Assembly (NCBI GenBank): GCA_965117035.1
Contig: OZ220748.1
Span: 3,519,392-3,583,391, forward strand
DNA from: Dehalococcoidia bacterium
Lineage (GTDB): Bacteria; Chloroflexota; Dehalococcoidia; Lucifugimonadales; CAZENU01
Direction of reading: 5' to 3'
DNA: 64,000 bases
Numbering within the stretch: the first letter of the stretch is position 1; the number at the start of each line of letters is the position of its first letter. A model generated the notes under the pieces. It did not search any database. It saw only the letters and a list, made by a program, of their open reading frames with translations, and had not been told where the DNA came from. Below are positions 15,903-24,479 of the stretch, piece after piece. The position numbers were made by a program, and so were the translations under genes.

Positions 15903-16274
15903 CTATCCGGTATCTCCCACTATCGCCCCGCCCCGCTGCATTTCGGCCTCCTCGAGGAGGCGCTCGAGCAGGATGAATGACTCCTCGACACCGAAGTCGA
16001 GAGCGGCTATGGACACGGCACGGAACAGCACGCCGGTGGACACGCGGACAGGCGCCGACTCGCCGAGGGCGGGCAGGGGAGCGCCGAGCGCCTTCGCCAT
16101 GTAGCCGCCGGCCGCCATGCCCTCGCGGGTCAGGTAGCACTCGACGAGCGGCCTGTCATCGTGGAGCAGCTTGAGGCCGTCGTCGTCCTGGCGCAGCTCC
16201 AGCCGCAGGTGGGCGCGCGGCGTCGAGGTCAGCTCCTCGGCGTAGTCGTGGACCTTCGAGTGCGCGTCTGCCAC
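15903..16274 (-). CDS. Hypothetical protein
   Basis: 123 aa. The GTG start is preceded by GGGGGAGGA at a good distance. No family recognised. Confidence 0.5.
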   Translation of the reverse strand: MADAHSKVHDYAEELTSTPRAHLRLELRQDDDGLKLLHDDRPLVECYLTREGMAAGGYMAKALGAPLPALGESAPVRVSTGVLFRAVSIAALDFGVEESFILLERLLEEAEMQRGGAIVGDTG

Positions 16275-16330
16275 TGTTGTCCTCCCCCTGGATTCGGTCA
16301 GCCAGGAACGCCGATTATAGCTGCTTGTGC

Positions 16331-16456
16331 GTAACTGTTCAGACTTGAGCCTCCCCTCTCTTTCCGCTAGCCCTGAACAGCGACGCTACTCGGGTGAACA
16401 GGTTGCCTCGTGAGGCAGGTGAGGAAGACAGGCGCTCTGCGGCACTGAACAGTTAC
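16331..16456. mobile_element. MITE-like non-autonomous element, copy C (shortest, 126 bp)
   Basis: Perfect 12-bp terminal inverted repeats GTAACTGTTCAG / CTGAACAGTTAC. The flanks are cttgtgc / ccttgtgg. The interior is related to copy B (gagcctcccct..., gctactcgggtgaacagg). Confidence 0.6.
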
Positions 16457-16624
16457 CCTTGTGGCAAAATGGGAGGCGCCGGAAACCGGCGAGACCGGTA
16501 CAATGGCGGAGTCTGTCCGGTAGTTGGGAACCCCACCCTGGATTCCCGCCTGCGCGGGAAAGACGGTTATGTGAGGTCCCGGCGGAGCGGCGGGCAGATG
16601 AACGGACGAACACAGGAGGGCGCG

Positions 16625-17050
16625 ATGGAATTCGACTTCGGCGAGCTGAACTACCTGGCGATCGTGGTCGGCGTGGTCTTCAACATGGTGCTGGGCGCCC
16701 TGTGGTACTCGCCCTTCCTGCTGGGCAAGCCGTGGATGGCGGCCACGGGCATCACTGTGGAGGCCATCGAGGAGGCGGGGAAGGGCGAGCAGTACAAGGG
16801 CTACGCCATCGCCGTCGTGGTGTCGATAGTCCTCGTCGTCGTGCTGGCGCTGCTGACACAGAGCCTCGGCATCGACGAGCCGCTGGACGGCCTCGTGCTC
16901 GGCCTCACGGCGGGCGTCGGTCTCGTGGCGGCCAGCCAGGCGCCGAACTACTCCTTCGAGGGCCGGTCGCTCCGGCTCTTCCTGATCAACCTCGGCTACT
17001 CGGTCGTGGGATTCGCCGTCATTGGGGTCCTCCTCGCGGCATGGCAGTAG
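16625..17050 (+). CDS. DUF1761-like small integral membrane protein
   Basis: ATG at 16625 follows AGGAGGG. The N-terminal YLAIVVGVVFNMVLGALWYSPFLLGKPW pattern and four hydrophobic helices are present. Confidence 0.65.
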   Translation: MEFDFGELNYLAIVVGVVFNMVLGALWYSPFLLGKPWMAATGITVEAIEEAGKGEQYKGYAIAVVVSIVLVVVLALLTQSLGIDEPLDGLVLGLTAGVGLVAASQAPNYSFEGRSLRLFLINLGYSVVGFAVIGVLLAAWQ

Positions 17051-17051
17051 G

Positions 17052-19214
17052 ATGCGGCGAGACTCGCTCCGCAGGTCGACATTCGGGATGAGCAGCTTTC
17101 TGGCGAAGGCCGCCGCGCTCGTTCTCCTCGCACTCTTCGCGGCCGCGTGCTCGGGCCTCGGCGAGGCCAGTCAGGCCAACGAGGCCGGCGTCGCGCTCGC
17201 CGCGGAGGGGATGTGGCGGGAGGCTCTCGCGGAGTACGACCGCGCCATCGACCTGAAGGCCGACTTCGCCGAGGCCTACAACAACCGCGGCGGCGCGCAC
17301 CGCGCCCTGGGAAACCGCGAGGCCGCGCTCGCGGACTTCACCGAGGCGACGAGGCTGAACGACGACCTGGCCGTCGCCCACGTCAACGCGGCCTCCATCC
17401 TGCTCGACCTCGGGCGCACTGACGAGGCGGTCGCTCACCTGGACCGCGCGTTCACCCTGCCGCTATCCGAGACCGAGGTCGCGTCGGCGTACTACCACTA
17501 CGGCCGCGTACACGCGGCCCGCGAAGACTGGGAGGCGGTGCTCGACGCGATGGGCGAGGCGATCGACCTCGACTCGGAGAACGCGGACGCGTTCTACATC
17601 CGCGGCCAGGCGTACGTCGCGATCGGGATGGTGCCCAGCGGGCTCAGGGACGCCCAGGAGTGCCGGCCCGGTCCCGCCTGCCGGCGGGCCGACGGGGATT
17701 TCGGCAACGCCGTCCGCGCCAACCCCGACTTCGTCGACGCGTACGTCGCCCGCGCGGACCTGCGCGTCATCAGGGGCGCCATGTCGCCGGCGATCAGGGA
17801 CTACGACGAGGCGATCTGGCGAGAGCCCGACAACCCGGACTACTACCAACGCCGGGGCCTGGCGTACGTCCGGCTCGGCCGCAAGAGCGAGGCCATCGCC
17901 GACTTCGAGCACGCGATCCGGCTCGACCCCGGCAGGGCGGCCGCGTACAGGGCCCGGGGACTGGCCTACGTCGAGCTCGGACAGCCCGAGCTGGCCGTCC
18001 CCAGCTTCGACGAGGCGGTGCGGCTCGACCCCCAGGACCCGGGCGCGTACTTCGGGCGGGCGCAGGCGCGCGCCGCCCTGGGGCAGACCCAGGAGGCGCT
18101 GACCGACTTCGACGCCGCGATCCGGCTGTTCGCCGACGACTCCGAGGCCCTCAAGGGAAGAGGCAAGGTCCACGTCGAGCTCGGCAATCTCGATCTCGCC
18201 GTCGACGACTTCGGGTCGGCGATCCGTCTCGCCCCGCAGGACCCGGAGCCGCTCCGGCTCCGCGCCGCCGTCTACGTCGAGCTGGGACGCATCGAGGAGG
18301 CCGTGAGGGACCTGGACGGCGCGATCAGGCTGGACAGGGGCGATGCGGAGAGCATCAACGCACGGGGCCTCGCGTACCTGGAGCTCGGCGAGCCGGAGAA
18401 GGCGCTGAAGGACTTCGCGACGGCGATCACCACGGAGCGGACCGAAAACGCGCGCTACTACATCAACCAGGCCAGGGCGTTCCTGGACCTGGAAGACCTC
18501 GAGAAGGCGGTGGAGGCCTACGACAACGCCCTGGTGCGCGATTCACGGTACCGGTACATGTACCGCGCCGCCCTGACCTCCTTCGAGCAGCCCAACCGGC
18601 GCCGGCGCGCGCTGCCCGACCTCGAGGGGGCCCTGGAGCTCGCGCCGGTGCTCATCCGAGCGTACCAGGCCCGGGCAGCGGTGCTGACCGACCTCGAACG
18701 CACCGAGGAGGCCGAGGCCGACCTGCGGCGCGTGGGCGAGATCGAGTCCGACATCGTGACGATGGAGGAGCTGATCGAGCGCATCCAGAGCGAGCCGGAG
18801 CCACCTCCGCAGCCGCCTCCGCCCCCGCGCCGTCCCGCGTCGGCGGGCCCGAGCCCCGCGGAGATCGCCGCGGCACAGGAGGCGATCAAGACCGCGATCC
18901 AGGCGAGCGTCGCCAGCGTGCACGTCGGCAAGGAGCGCACCGTCTGCGGGACCGTCTCGGCCGTGCGGCAGGCGAGCGAGGGCCGTGCCGTCTTCATAGA
19001 CTTCGGCCCGCCCGACCCGGACCAGCACTTCGTCGCCTACTTCCCCAGCCTCGTCACCCGCGTCGGCGACTGGCCCGATTTCGTCGACAGGTCGATCGAC
19101 ATCGTCGACTGGCTCATGAACCGGGAGCTGTGCGTAACCGGTCGCATCGAGCGCTACCGGGGCAAGCCGGCCATCAACGCCAGCTTCTGGCACCAGTACA
19201 AGATCCCCCAGTAA
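17052..19214 (+). CDS. TPR-repeat lipoprotein with Pro-rich linker and C-terminal OB-like domain
   Basis: Signal peptide plus lipobox LFAAAC/SG. At least 12 TPR units (AxxxYNNRGxAxxxLG...A.xDFxxAIRLDP). A PPQPPPPPRRP linker precedes the C-terminal segment VCGTVSAVRQASEGRAVFIDFG...GRIERYRGKPAI. Confidence 0.8.
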   Translation: MRRDSLRRSTFGMSSFLAKAAALVLLALFAAACSGLGEASQANEAGVALAAEGMWREALAEYDRAIDLKADFAEAYNNRGGAHRALGNREAALADFTEATRLNDDLAVAHVNAASILLDLGRTDEAVAHLDRAFTLPLSETEVASAYYHYGRVHAAREDWEAVLDAMGEAIDLDSENADAFYIRGQAYVAIGMVPSGLRDAQECRPGPACRRADGDFGNAVRANPDFVDAYVARADLRVIRGAMSPAIRDYDEAIWREPDNPDYYQRRGLAYVRLGRKSEAIADFEHAIRLDPGRAAAYRARGLAYVELGQPELAVPSFDEAVRLDPQDPGAYFGRAQARAALGQTQEALTDFDAAIRLFADDSEALKGRGKVHVELGNLDLAVDDFGSAIRLAPQDPEPLRLRAAVYVELGRIEEAVRDLDGAIRLDRGDAESINARGLAYLELGEPEKALKDFATAITTERTENARYYINQARAFLDLEDLEKAVEAYDNALVRDSRYRYMYRAALTSFEQPNRRRRALPDLEGALELAPVLIRAYQARAAVLTDLERTEEAEADLRRVGEIESDIVTMEELIERIQSEPEPPPQPPPPPRRPASAGPSPAEIAAAQEAIKTAIQASVASVHVGKERTVCGTVSAVRQASEGRAVFIDFGPPDPDQHFVAYFPSLVTRVGDWPDFVDRSIDIVDWLMNRELCVTGRIERYRGKPAINASFWHQYKIPQ

Positions 19215-19237
19215 GCCGCAGGCGGCGGTGATCGTCC

Positions 19238-19337
19238 TGTCGTCCCGAGCGCAGAGAGGGACCTGGGGCGGGGCCCCTTGACCTCGCTCACGACCCGGCC
19301 AACTCCCACCCCAGGCCCCTCACTTCGTTCAGGGTGA
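19238..19337. repeat. Single copy of the long-hairpin repeat family (same family as the 128/139-bp arrays)
   Basis: tgtcgtcccgagcgcagagagggacctggggcgggg ... ccaccccaggcccctcacttcgttcagggtgac, located between convergent genes. Confidence 0.6.
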
Positions 19338-19375
19338 CATTGGGTGGGAATCCCGGTCTCACCGGGCGGTGGGAG

Positions 19376-20494
19376 CTACGGAGCGACGAAGGCCCTGGTT
19401 ATGGCGGCGTCGTCGCCCTTGCCGATCCACTCGGCCTGCTCGAACGCCTCGCCGATCTGCTCCAGCGGGAAGCTGTGAGACATCACCCTGGTCAGCGGGT
19501 ACTTGTCCCGCGTGCGCACCAGGAAGTCGAGCGCGACCGGAAGGATGTACGGGTCGTAGTGCGTGACCGGGATGATGCGGGTCTGGCCCCAGAGTATCTT
19601 GGAGATGTCCAGCTCCACGTTGCTGTCGGGCCAGATATTGCCGACCTCCACGAACGTGCCGCCGTGCCGCAGCATCTCCAACCCCTCCGGCACCACCTGC
19701 GGATAGCCCACCACCTCGACCACGACGTCGGCGCCGCGGCCCTCGGTCAGCTCCTTCACCCGCTCGACGCGCGACTCGGGCGTCTCGTACTCCTTCAGGT
19801 CGACCGTCTCGTCGGCGCCGCACTGGCGCGCCATGTCCAGCCTGCCCTCGACGCCGTCGATGGCGATGACCTGTCCGGCGCCCATTTCCTTCGCGGCCGC
19901 CGCGGCGTTGATGCCGAGCCCGCCCGCGCCCTGCACGACGACGCTGTCTCCCAGGCGCAGGCCGGCCTCCTGTAGCCCATAGACGACCTGGGCCACGGCG
20001 CAGTTGACGGCGGTGACCGCCTCGTCCGGCAGCTGGTCCGGCACCTTGAACACGAAGTGGCCGGGGAACAGGTAGTAGTAGTCGGAGAAGCCGCCGTTGC
20101 AGTAGGGGAACTCCTCGATGGAGGCGCGGAACCGGAACCGGTCAGGGCAGTGGTTGAGCTCGCCGCGGAGGCAGTTGTAGCAGCGCCTGCACGGGAAGAA
20201 GTACGTGAATACGACCCTGTCGCCCTCCTTCAGCGGCCGGCCCATCGAGTCGGTCGAGATGTCCGGGCCCAGCGTGTCGACGACGCCTGCCATCTCGTGG
20301 CCGAGGATCATCGGCCCCGGCTTGCCCCCGGCGATCGGCTTCAGCTCGCCGCGCCAGAAGTGAAGGTCCGAGCCGCAGATGCCGCCGGCGGTGATCTTGA
20401 CGCGGATGCCGCCCTGCTCGACCGGCACCGGCGGCAACTCCACCATCTCGAAGTGGTACGGCTCGACGAAGACGGCCGCCTTGCCCATGACCAT
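19376..20494 (-). CDS. Zinc-dependent medium-chain dehydrogenase/reductase (ADH-like)
   Basis: ATG at 20494 follows GGAGG. Motifs GGICGSDLH, GHEMAGVV, the structural-Zn Cys cluster CRRCYNCLRGELNHC, and VQGAGGLG. The upstream 42 codons of the track ORF lie in the AT-rich repeat. Confidence 0.85.
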   Translation of the reverse strand: MVMGKAAVFVEPYHFEMVELPPVPVEQGGIRVKITAGGICGSDLHFWRGELKPIAGGKPGPMILGHEMAGVVDTLGPDISTDSMGRPLKEGDRVVFTYFFPCRRCYNCLRGELNHCPDRFRFRASIEEFPYCNGGFSDYYYLFPGHFVFKVPDQLPDEAVTAVNCAVAQVVYGLQEAGLRLGDSVVVQGAGGLGINAAAAAKEMGAGQVIAIDGVEGRLDMARQCGADETVDLKEYETPESRVERVKELTEGRGADVVVEVVGYPQVVPEGLEMLRHGGTFVEVGNIWPDSNVELDISKILWGQTRIIPVTHYDPYILPVALDFLVRTRDKYPLTRVMSHSFPLEQIGEAFEQAEWIGKGDDAAITRAFVAP

Positions 20495-20507
20495 GGGGAA
20501 CCTCCGG

Positions 20508-20655
20508 AGTAGTGGATAGTGGATAGTTGCTAGTGGATAGTTAAGAGGGACGTTGGCAACTATACACCTGCGGCCCGACACCCGCCACTGGGCGAAGTAG
20601 TGGATAGTGAATAGTGGCAAGTGGATAGTTAAGAGCGGTCTCGGCGGCTATGGAT
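20508..20655. repeat. AT-rich TATCCACTA/ATAGTGG element, two tandem copies (2a 20508-20566, 2b 20596-20655)
   Basis: Both copies share AGTGGATAGT(g/t)...AGTGGATAGTTAAGAG(g/c)g...ggc(a/g)(a/g)ctat. An inverted CTATCCACTA sits at 20743-20752, overlapping the fabF stop codon. Confidence 0.6.
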
Positions 20656-20742
20656 GTGCTGCTCCGCGCCTGTCGCGGGCGGGGAGAATGGACAGTCAAG
20701 GCCACGGCGGATCAGCGGTCGCTGCGCGCCCGCCTTTTCCCG

Positions 20743-21993
20743 CTATCCACTAAACCGCTTGAACACCAGGCACGCGTTCTGGCCGCCGAAGCCGAAGCTG
20801 TTGGACAGCACCGTGTCGACCCGCTGCTTGCGCGACTCGTTGGGCACGTAGTCGAGGTCGCACTCAGGGTCAGGGAACTCGTAGTTGACCGTCGGGTGGA
20901 TCTCGCCCTCCGTGATGGCCCTTACGGCGGCGACGGCCTCCAGCGCGCCGGCGCCGCCCAACGCGTGCCCGATCATCGACTTGGTGGAGCTGATCGGCAC
21001 CTTGTAGGCGACGTCTCCGAAGACCGCCTTGATCGCCATCGTCTCGGCGGCGTCGTTCTTGGGCGTCGACGTGCCGTGGGCGTTGATGTAGTCGATCTCG
21101 TCCGGCCCCAGCCGGGCGTCTTCCAGCGCCCACTGGATCGCCCTGGCCGCGCCGCTGCCGTCCTCGTCCGGCTGCACGGCGTGGAAGGCGTCCGACGAGA
21201 CGCCCTGGCCGGCGACCTCTACGATGATGTCGGCCCCGCGCGCGGAGGCGTGCTCCAGGCTCTCCAGCACGAAGATGGCCGAGCCCTCGGCGGGCACGAA
21301 GCCGTCGCGCTCGGCGTCGAACGGGCGGCTCGCCTTCTCGGGCTCGTCGTTGCGGCGGCTCAGCGCCTTGATGACGTTGAAGCCGCCGAGGCCCAGCTCG
21401 CAGATGCCGGCCTCGCACCCGCCCGCGAGGACGACGTCCGCCGCGCCGCGCCTGACGACCTCCATGCCCTCGCCGATGCCCTGCGTCCCGGCCGCGCACG
21501 CCGTGATGATCGTGGACGTGTAGCCCTTGAGCCCGAATACGCGGCTCACGGTCGCCGCCGCCATGTTCGGCAGGATCATCGGGATGAAGAACGGGCTCAC
21601 CCTCATGCCGCCGCGCCCGACCAGCGTCCGCGCGTTCTGCTCGGTCGTCGGAAAGCCGCCGTTGCCGTTGCCCATGACGACGCCGAGCCGGCCGGGATCG
21701 AGCGACCCCAGGTCGAGCCCCGCGTCCTCGATGGCCTGCCCCGCCGCGGCGACCGCGAGCTGGGAGAAGCGGGCCATGCGGCGCGCGTCCCTCGCGTCCA
21801 TGAAATCGCCGGGATCGAAGTCCGTGACCTCGCCCGCGATGCGTGACGGATACGCGGACGCGTCGCACAGCGTGATCGGTCCGATGCCCGATTGCCCCCG
21901 CACCAGCGCCTGCCAGAACTCGTCCGGCGACGTGCCGAGAGGCGTCATCGCGCCGATGCCCGTTACCACAACCCGTCTTCTTGAATCGCTCAT
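20743..21993 (-). CDS. fabF: 3-oxoacyl-[ACP] synthase II
   Basis: VVVTGIG; active-site segment ITACAAG; HGTSTPKND; KSMIGHALGGAGA; NSFGFGGQN. Confidence 0.92.
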   Translation of the reverse strand: MSDSRRRVVVTGIGAMTPLGTSPDEFWQALVRGQSGIGPITLCDASAYPSRIAGEVTDFDPGDFMDARDARRMARFSQLAVAAAGQAIEDAGLDLGSLDPGRLGVVMGNGNGGFPTTEQNARTLVGRGGMRVSPFFIPMILPNMAAATVSRVFGLKGYTSTIITACAAGTQGIGEGMEVVRRGAADVVLAGGCEAGICELGLGGFNVIKALSRRNDEPEKASRPFDAERDGFVPAEGSAIFVLESLEHASARGADIIVEVAGQGVSSDAFHAVQPDEDGSGAARAIQWALEDARLGPDEIDYINAHGTSTPKNDAAETMAIKAVFGDVAYKVPISSTKSMIGHALGGAGALEAVAAVRAITEGEIHPTVNYEFPDPECDLDYVPNESRKQRVDTVLSNSFGFGGQNACLVFKRFSG

Positions 21994-22003
21994 CGCAACC
22001 TCG

Positions 22004-23416
22004 TCAAGTCCTGCGCGCCGGTCGCTCCATATCCGGGTACGTCTCCGGGACGATGCCCGTCATCTCCTCCAGCACCTCGGCGACGACCGACAGGGAGCCG
22101 GTCGCCAGCACCGTGTCGCCGTCCCGCGCCACGTCTATCGCGTGCCGCGTCGCCCGTCCCACGTCGTCGAATCGCGCCAGGACGGGAAGCCCGCGCTCCT
22201 CGTACGCCGCCGCCACGTCGCCCGTGTCCATCGCACGCGGGTCCCTCGACCGCACCGCCACGATATCCGGCGACAGCGCCCTCAACTCGTCGGCCATGCC
22301 GGTTGCGCTGTGGCTGCCCAGGACGCCGAAGACGACGATCAGGCGGCCAGGCGTCAACAGGCCCGGCAGCGTTTCGACCAGGCGTCGCATGGCGTCCGGG
22401 TTGTGCGCTCCGTCGACGAGGACAAGTTTACCATCGTGGACGAACGCCTGGAGCCTGCCCGCCCACTCGACGTTCCTGAACCCCTCGGCGATGGCGGTGC
22501 GGGGGATGTCGCGGCCCTGCTCGACCAGCGTCTCGATCACCGCGACTGCAGTCGCCGCGTTCTCGAGCTGGTGGTCGCCGAGCAGCGGCATCGAGAGACT
22601 GTACTCGCCCCTGGCCGTCGACAGCTCGAACGACTGCCCCCCGGCGTCCATCCCGGTACGCCGCCACGATGCGCGGTCGTTGACCGAAATGAGGTCGGCG
22701 CCCCGCGCCTCGGCGACGTCCGTGAACACGCCCATCGCCTCATCGGTCTGCGGGGCGACGACCACCGGGACGCCCGGCTTGATGATCCCGGCCTTCTCGC
22801 GCGCGATCAGTGAAACCGTGTCGCCGAGCACCCGCGTGTGGTCGAGACTGATCGATGTGATCGCGCAGACCTCGGGCTCCACGACGTTTGTGGCGTCGAG
22901 ACGGCCGCCCAGGCCGACCTCGACGACCTGGAACGCGGCGGCGATGTTCCTGAAGTGCAGGAAGGCCATCGTCGTCAGCAGCTCGAAGTACGAGACGCCG
23001 CCGTAGCCGCCGAACCTGCCTACCCACTCGACCGCAGGCCACGCCTCGGAGACCAGATGGCCGAACGTCTCGCGCGATATCGGCGTGAGGCCGACGCGGA
23101 TGCGCTCCGTAGGGCTGTGCAGGCTGGGCGACGTGTAGAGCCCGGTCGTGTGACCCGCCGCCGTGAGCACCGACGTGACGAGCGCGGCTGTGCTGCCCTT
23201 GCCGTTTGTGCCCGCGACGTGGACGGTGGGCGTCGCCAGGTGCGGATCGCCCAGCCGCCGCATCAGGAGCCCGATCCGCTGCAGGTGGAACTCCGAGTGG
23301 CCCGGCGTGCGAGTCGAGCGCTCGAAGTCGACCAGGCTGGAGGCGCGGCGCAGCGCCTCGTCGTAGTCGAAAGTCGGCGGCGCGTCGGTCTCGGAGCCTG
23401 CGGGGTTGTCGTCCAT
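22004..23416 (-). CDS. folC: Bifunctional folylpolyglutamate synthase / dihydrofolate synthase
   Basis: ATG at 23416 (MDDNPAG...). The P-loop VAGTNGKGST and the Mur-ligase middle and C-terminal patterns are present. The 135-codon N-terminal extension of the track ORF is Arg/Ala-rich shadow. Confidence 0.85.
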   Translation of the reverse strand: MDDNPAGSETDAPPTFDYDEALRRASSLVDFERSTRTPGHSEFHLQRIGLLMRRLGDPHLATPTVHVAGTNGKGSTAALVTSVLTAAGHTTGLYTSPSLHSPTERIRVGLTPISRETFGHLVSEAWPAVEWVGRFGGYGGVSYFELLTTMAFLHFRNIAAAFQVVEVGLGGRLDATNVVEPEVCAITSISLDHTRVLGDTVSLIAREKAGIIKPGVPVVVAPQTDEAMGVFTDVAEARGADLISVNDRASWRRTGMDAGGQSFELSTARGEYSLSMPLLGDHQLENAATAVAVIETLVEQGRDIPRTAIAEGFRNVEWAGRLQAFVHDGKLVLVDGAHNPDAMRRLVETLPGLLTPGRLIVVFGVLGSHSATGMADELRALSPDIVAVRSRDPRAMDTGDVAAAYEERGLPVLARFDDVGRATRHAIDVARDGDTVLATGSLSVVAEVLEEMTGIVPETYPDMERPARRT

Positions 23417-23436
23417 CGTCTGGGCCTGACCCGCGG

Positions 23437-24396
23437 TCAGTGGTCGCGGACGCGCGACGGCATGAAGCCGAGGTTGATCTTCAGCGCGTCCCGCAGTCGT
23501 ATGTCGCGCAGGTAGTCGATGTTGCCCTCCAGCGGCCGCGGCGCGAACCCGAAGTTGCGCTCCACCGAGTCGACCTCGGTCACGTTGTCGACCGCGATCA
23601 TCTTTAGCTGCTCCCCGGTCACCGGCGGCCTCGGCGCGAGCGCCTCCATCAGCGCGACCGCCGGCCGCATCAGTTGCAGCGGCAGGTGGACCCTGGCGAT
23701 CGTCACGCCCAGCGTCCCGGCGACCAGGCCGACAAGCTCGTCGTAGCTGTACTGCGCCGGTCCGCCCGCCTCGATGGTGCGGCCGACGGTGTCGTCGCGA
23801 CGCAGCGCCTCGAGCAGGCACCGGGCCGCGTCGTCGGCCGCGATGGGCTGGAAGCGGTTCGCGCCGCTGCCGGCGACCGGCACCAGGGGGAACAGCTTCG
23901 CCTGCGCCGCGAGCACGTTGAAGAACTCGTCGCCCGGCCCGAAGCCGACCGAGAACCGGACGATTGTGTGCGCGAGACCGCTGTTCGCCACGTCCTGCTC
24001 CGCCGTCCAGCGCGAGTGGAGGTACGGTATCTCAGGGTCGGAGGTCGCGCCGATCGTGCTGGCGAACACGAAGCGACCGACCGCCGCGGCAGACGCGGCC
24101 GCCAGCATGTTCCTCGTGCCCTCGACGTTGACCCGGTGGAAGGTCCTGTCTCCGCTCTCGCGCACGACCGCCACCAGGTGAACGACCGCCCCGATGCCCT
24201 CGCACGCGCCCGCCAGCGACTCACGGTCGAGCACGCTGCCCTCGGCCGCCTCCACCCCGTCCGGCAGCCCGCCCTCCGGGACGTTCCGGTGCACGAGCAA
24301 GCGCACCGCGAAGCCGGCGTCCGCCAGCGCGGCGACGACGCGCCGCCCGATGAACCCGGTGCCTCCGGTTACGAGTACGGTCGTTTCAGGCATCAT
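23437..24396 (-). CDS. Atypical SDR / NAD(P)-binding epimerase-like protein (NmrA/NDUFA9-like)
   Basis: VLVTGGTGFIGRRVV Rossmann motif; 319 aa; no classical YxxxK that I can place with confidence. Confidence 0.7.
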   Translation of the reverse strand: MMPETTVLVTGGTGFIGRRVVAALADAGFAVRLLVHRNVPEGGLPDGVEAAEGSVLDRESLAGACEGIGAVVHLVAVVRESGDRTFHRVNVEGTRNMLAAASAAAVGRFVFASTIGATSDPEIPYLHSRWTAEQDVANSGLAHTIVRFSVGFGPGDEFFNVLAAQAKLFPLVPVAGSGANRFQPIAADDAARCLLEALRRDDTVGRTIEAGGPAQYSYDELVGLVAGTLGVTIARVHLPLQLMRPAVALMEALAPRPPVTGEQLKMIAVDNVTEVDSVERNFGFAPRPLEGNIDYLRDIRLRDALKINLGFMPSRVRDH

Positions 24397-24479
24397 GCCG
24401 CTGTGTCGGGTATATGGATGCAGGGTAGGGGGCAGTCACGCGTCTATCATACAACCTGCGTCGCCGCGGGACGCGAGCA

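Noticed and set aside
22004-23821. 605-aa version of folC and 778-aa version of livM (1398..3734)
   Set aside because: The N-terminal extensions are Arg/Gly/Ala-rich shadow sequence overlapping neighbouring genes. Internal starts give proteins of canonical length that begin near the conserved N-terminal motifs.
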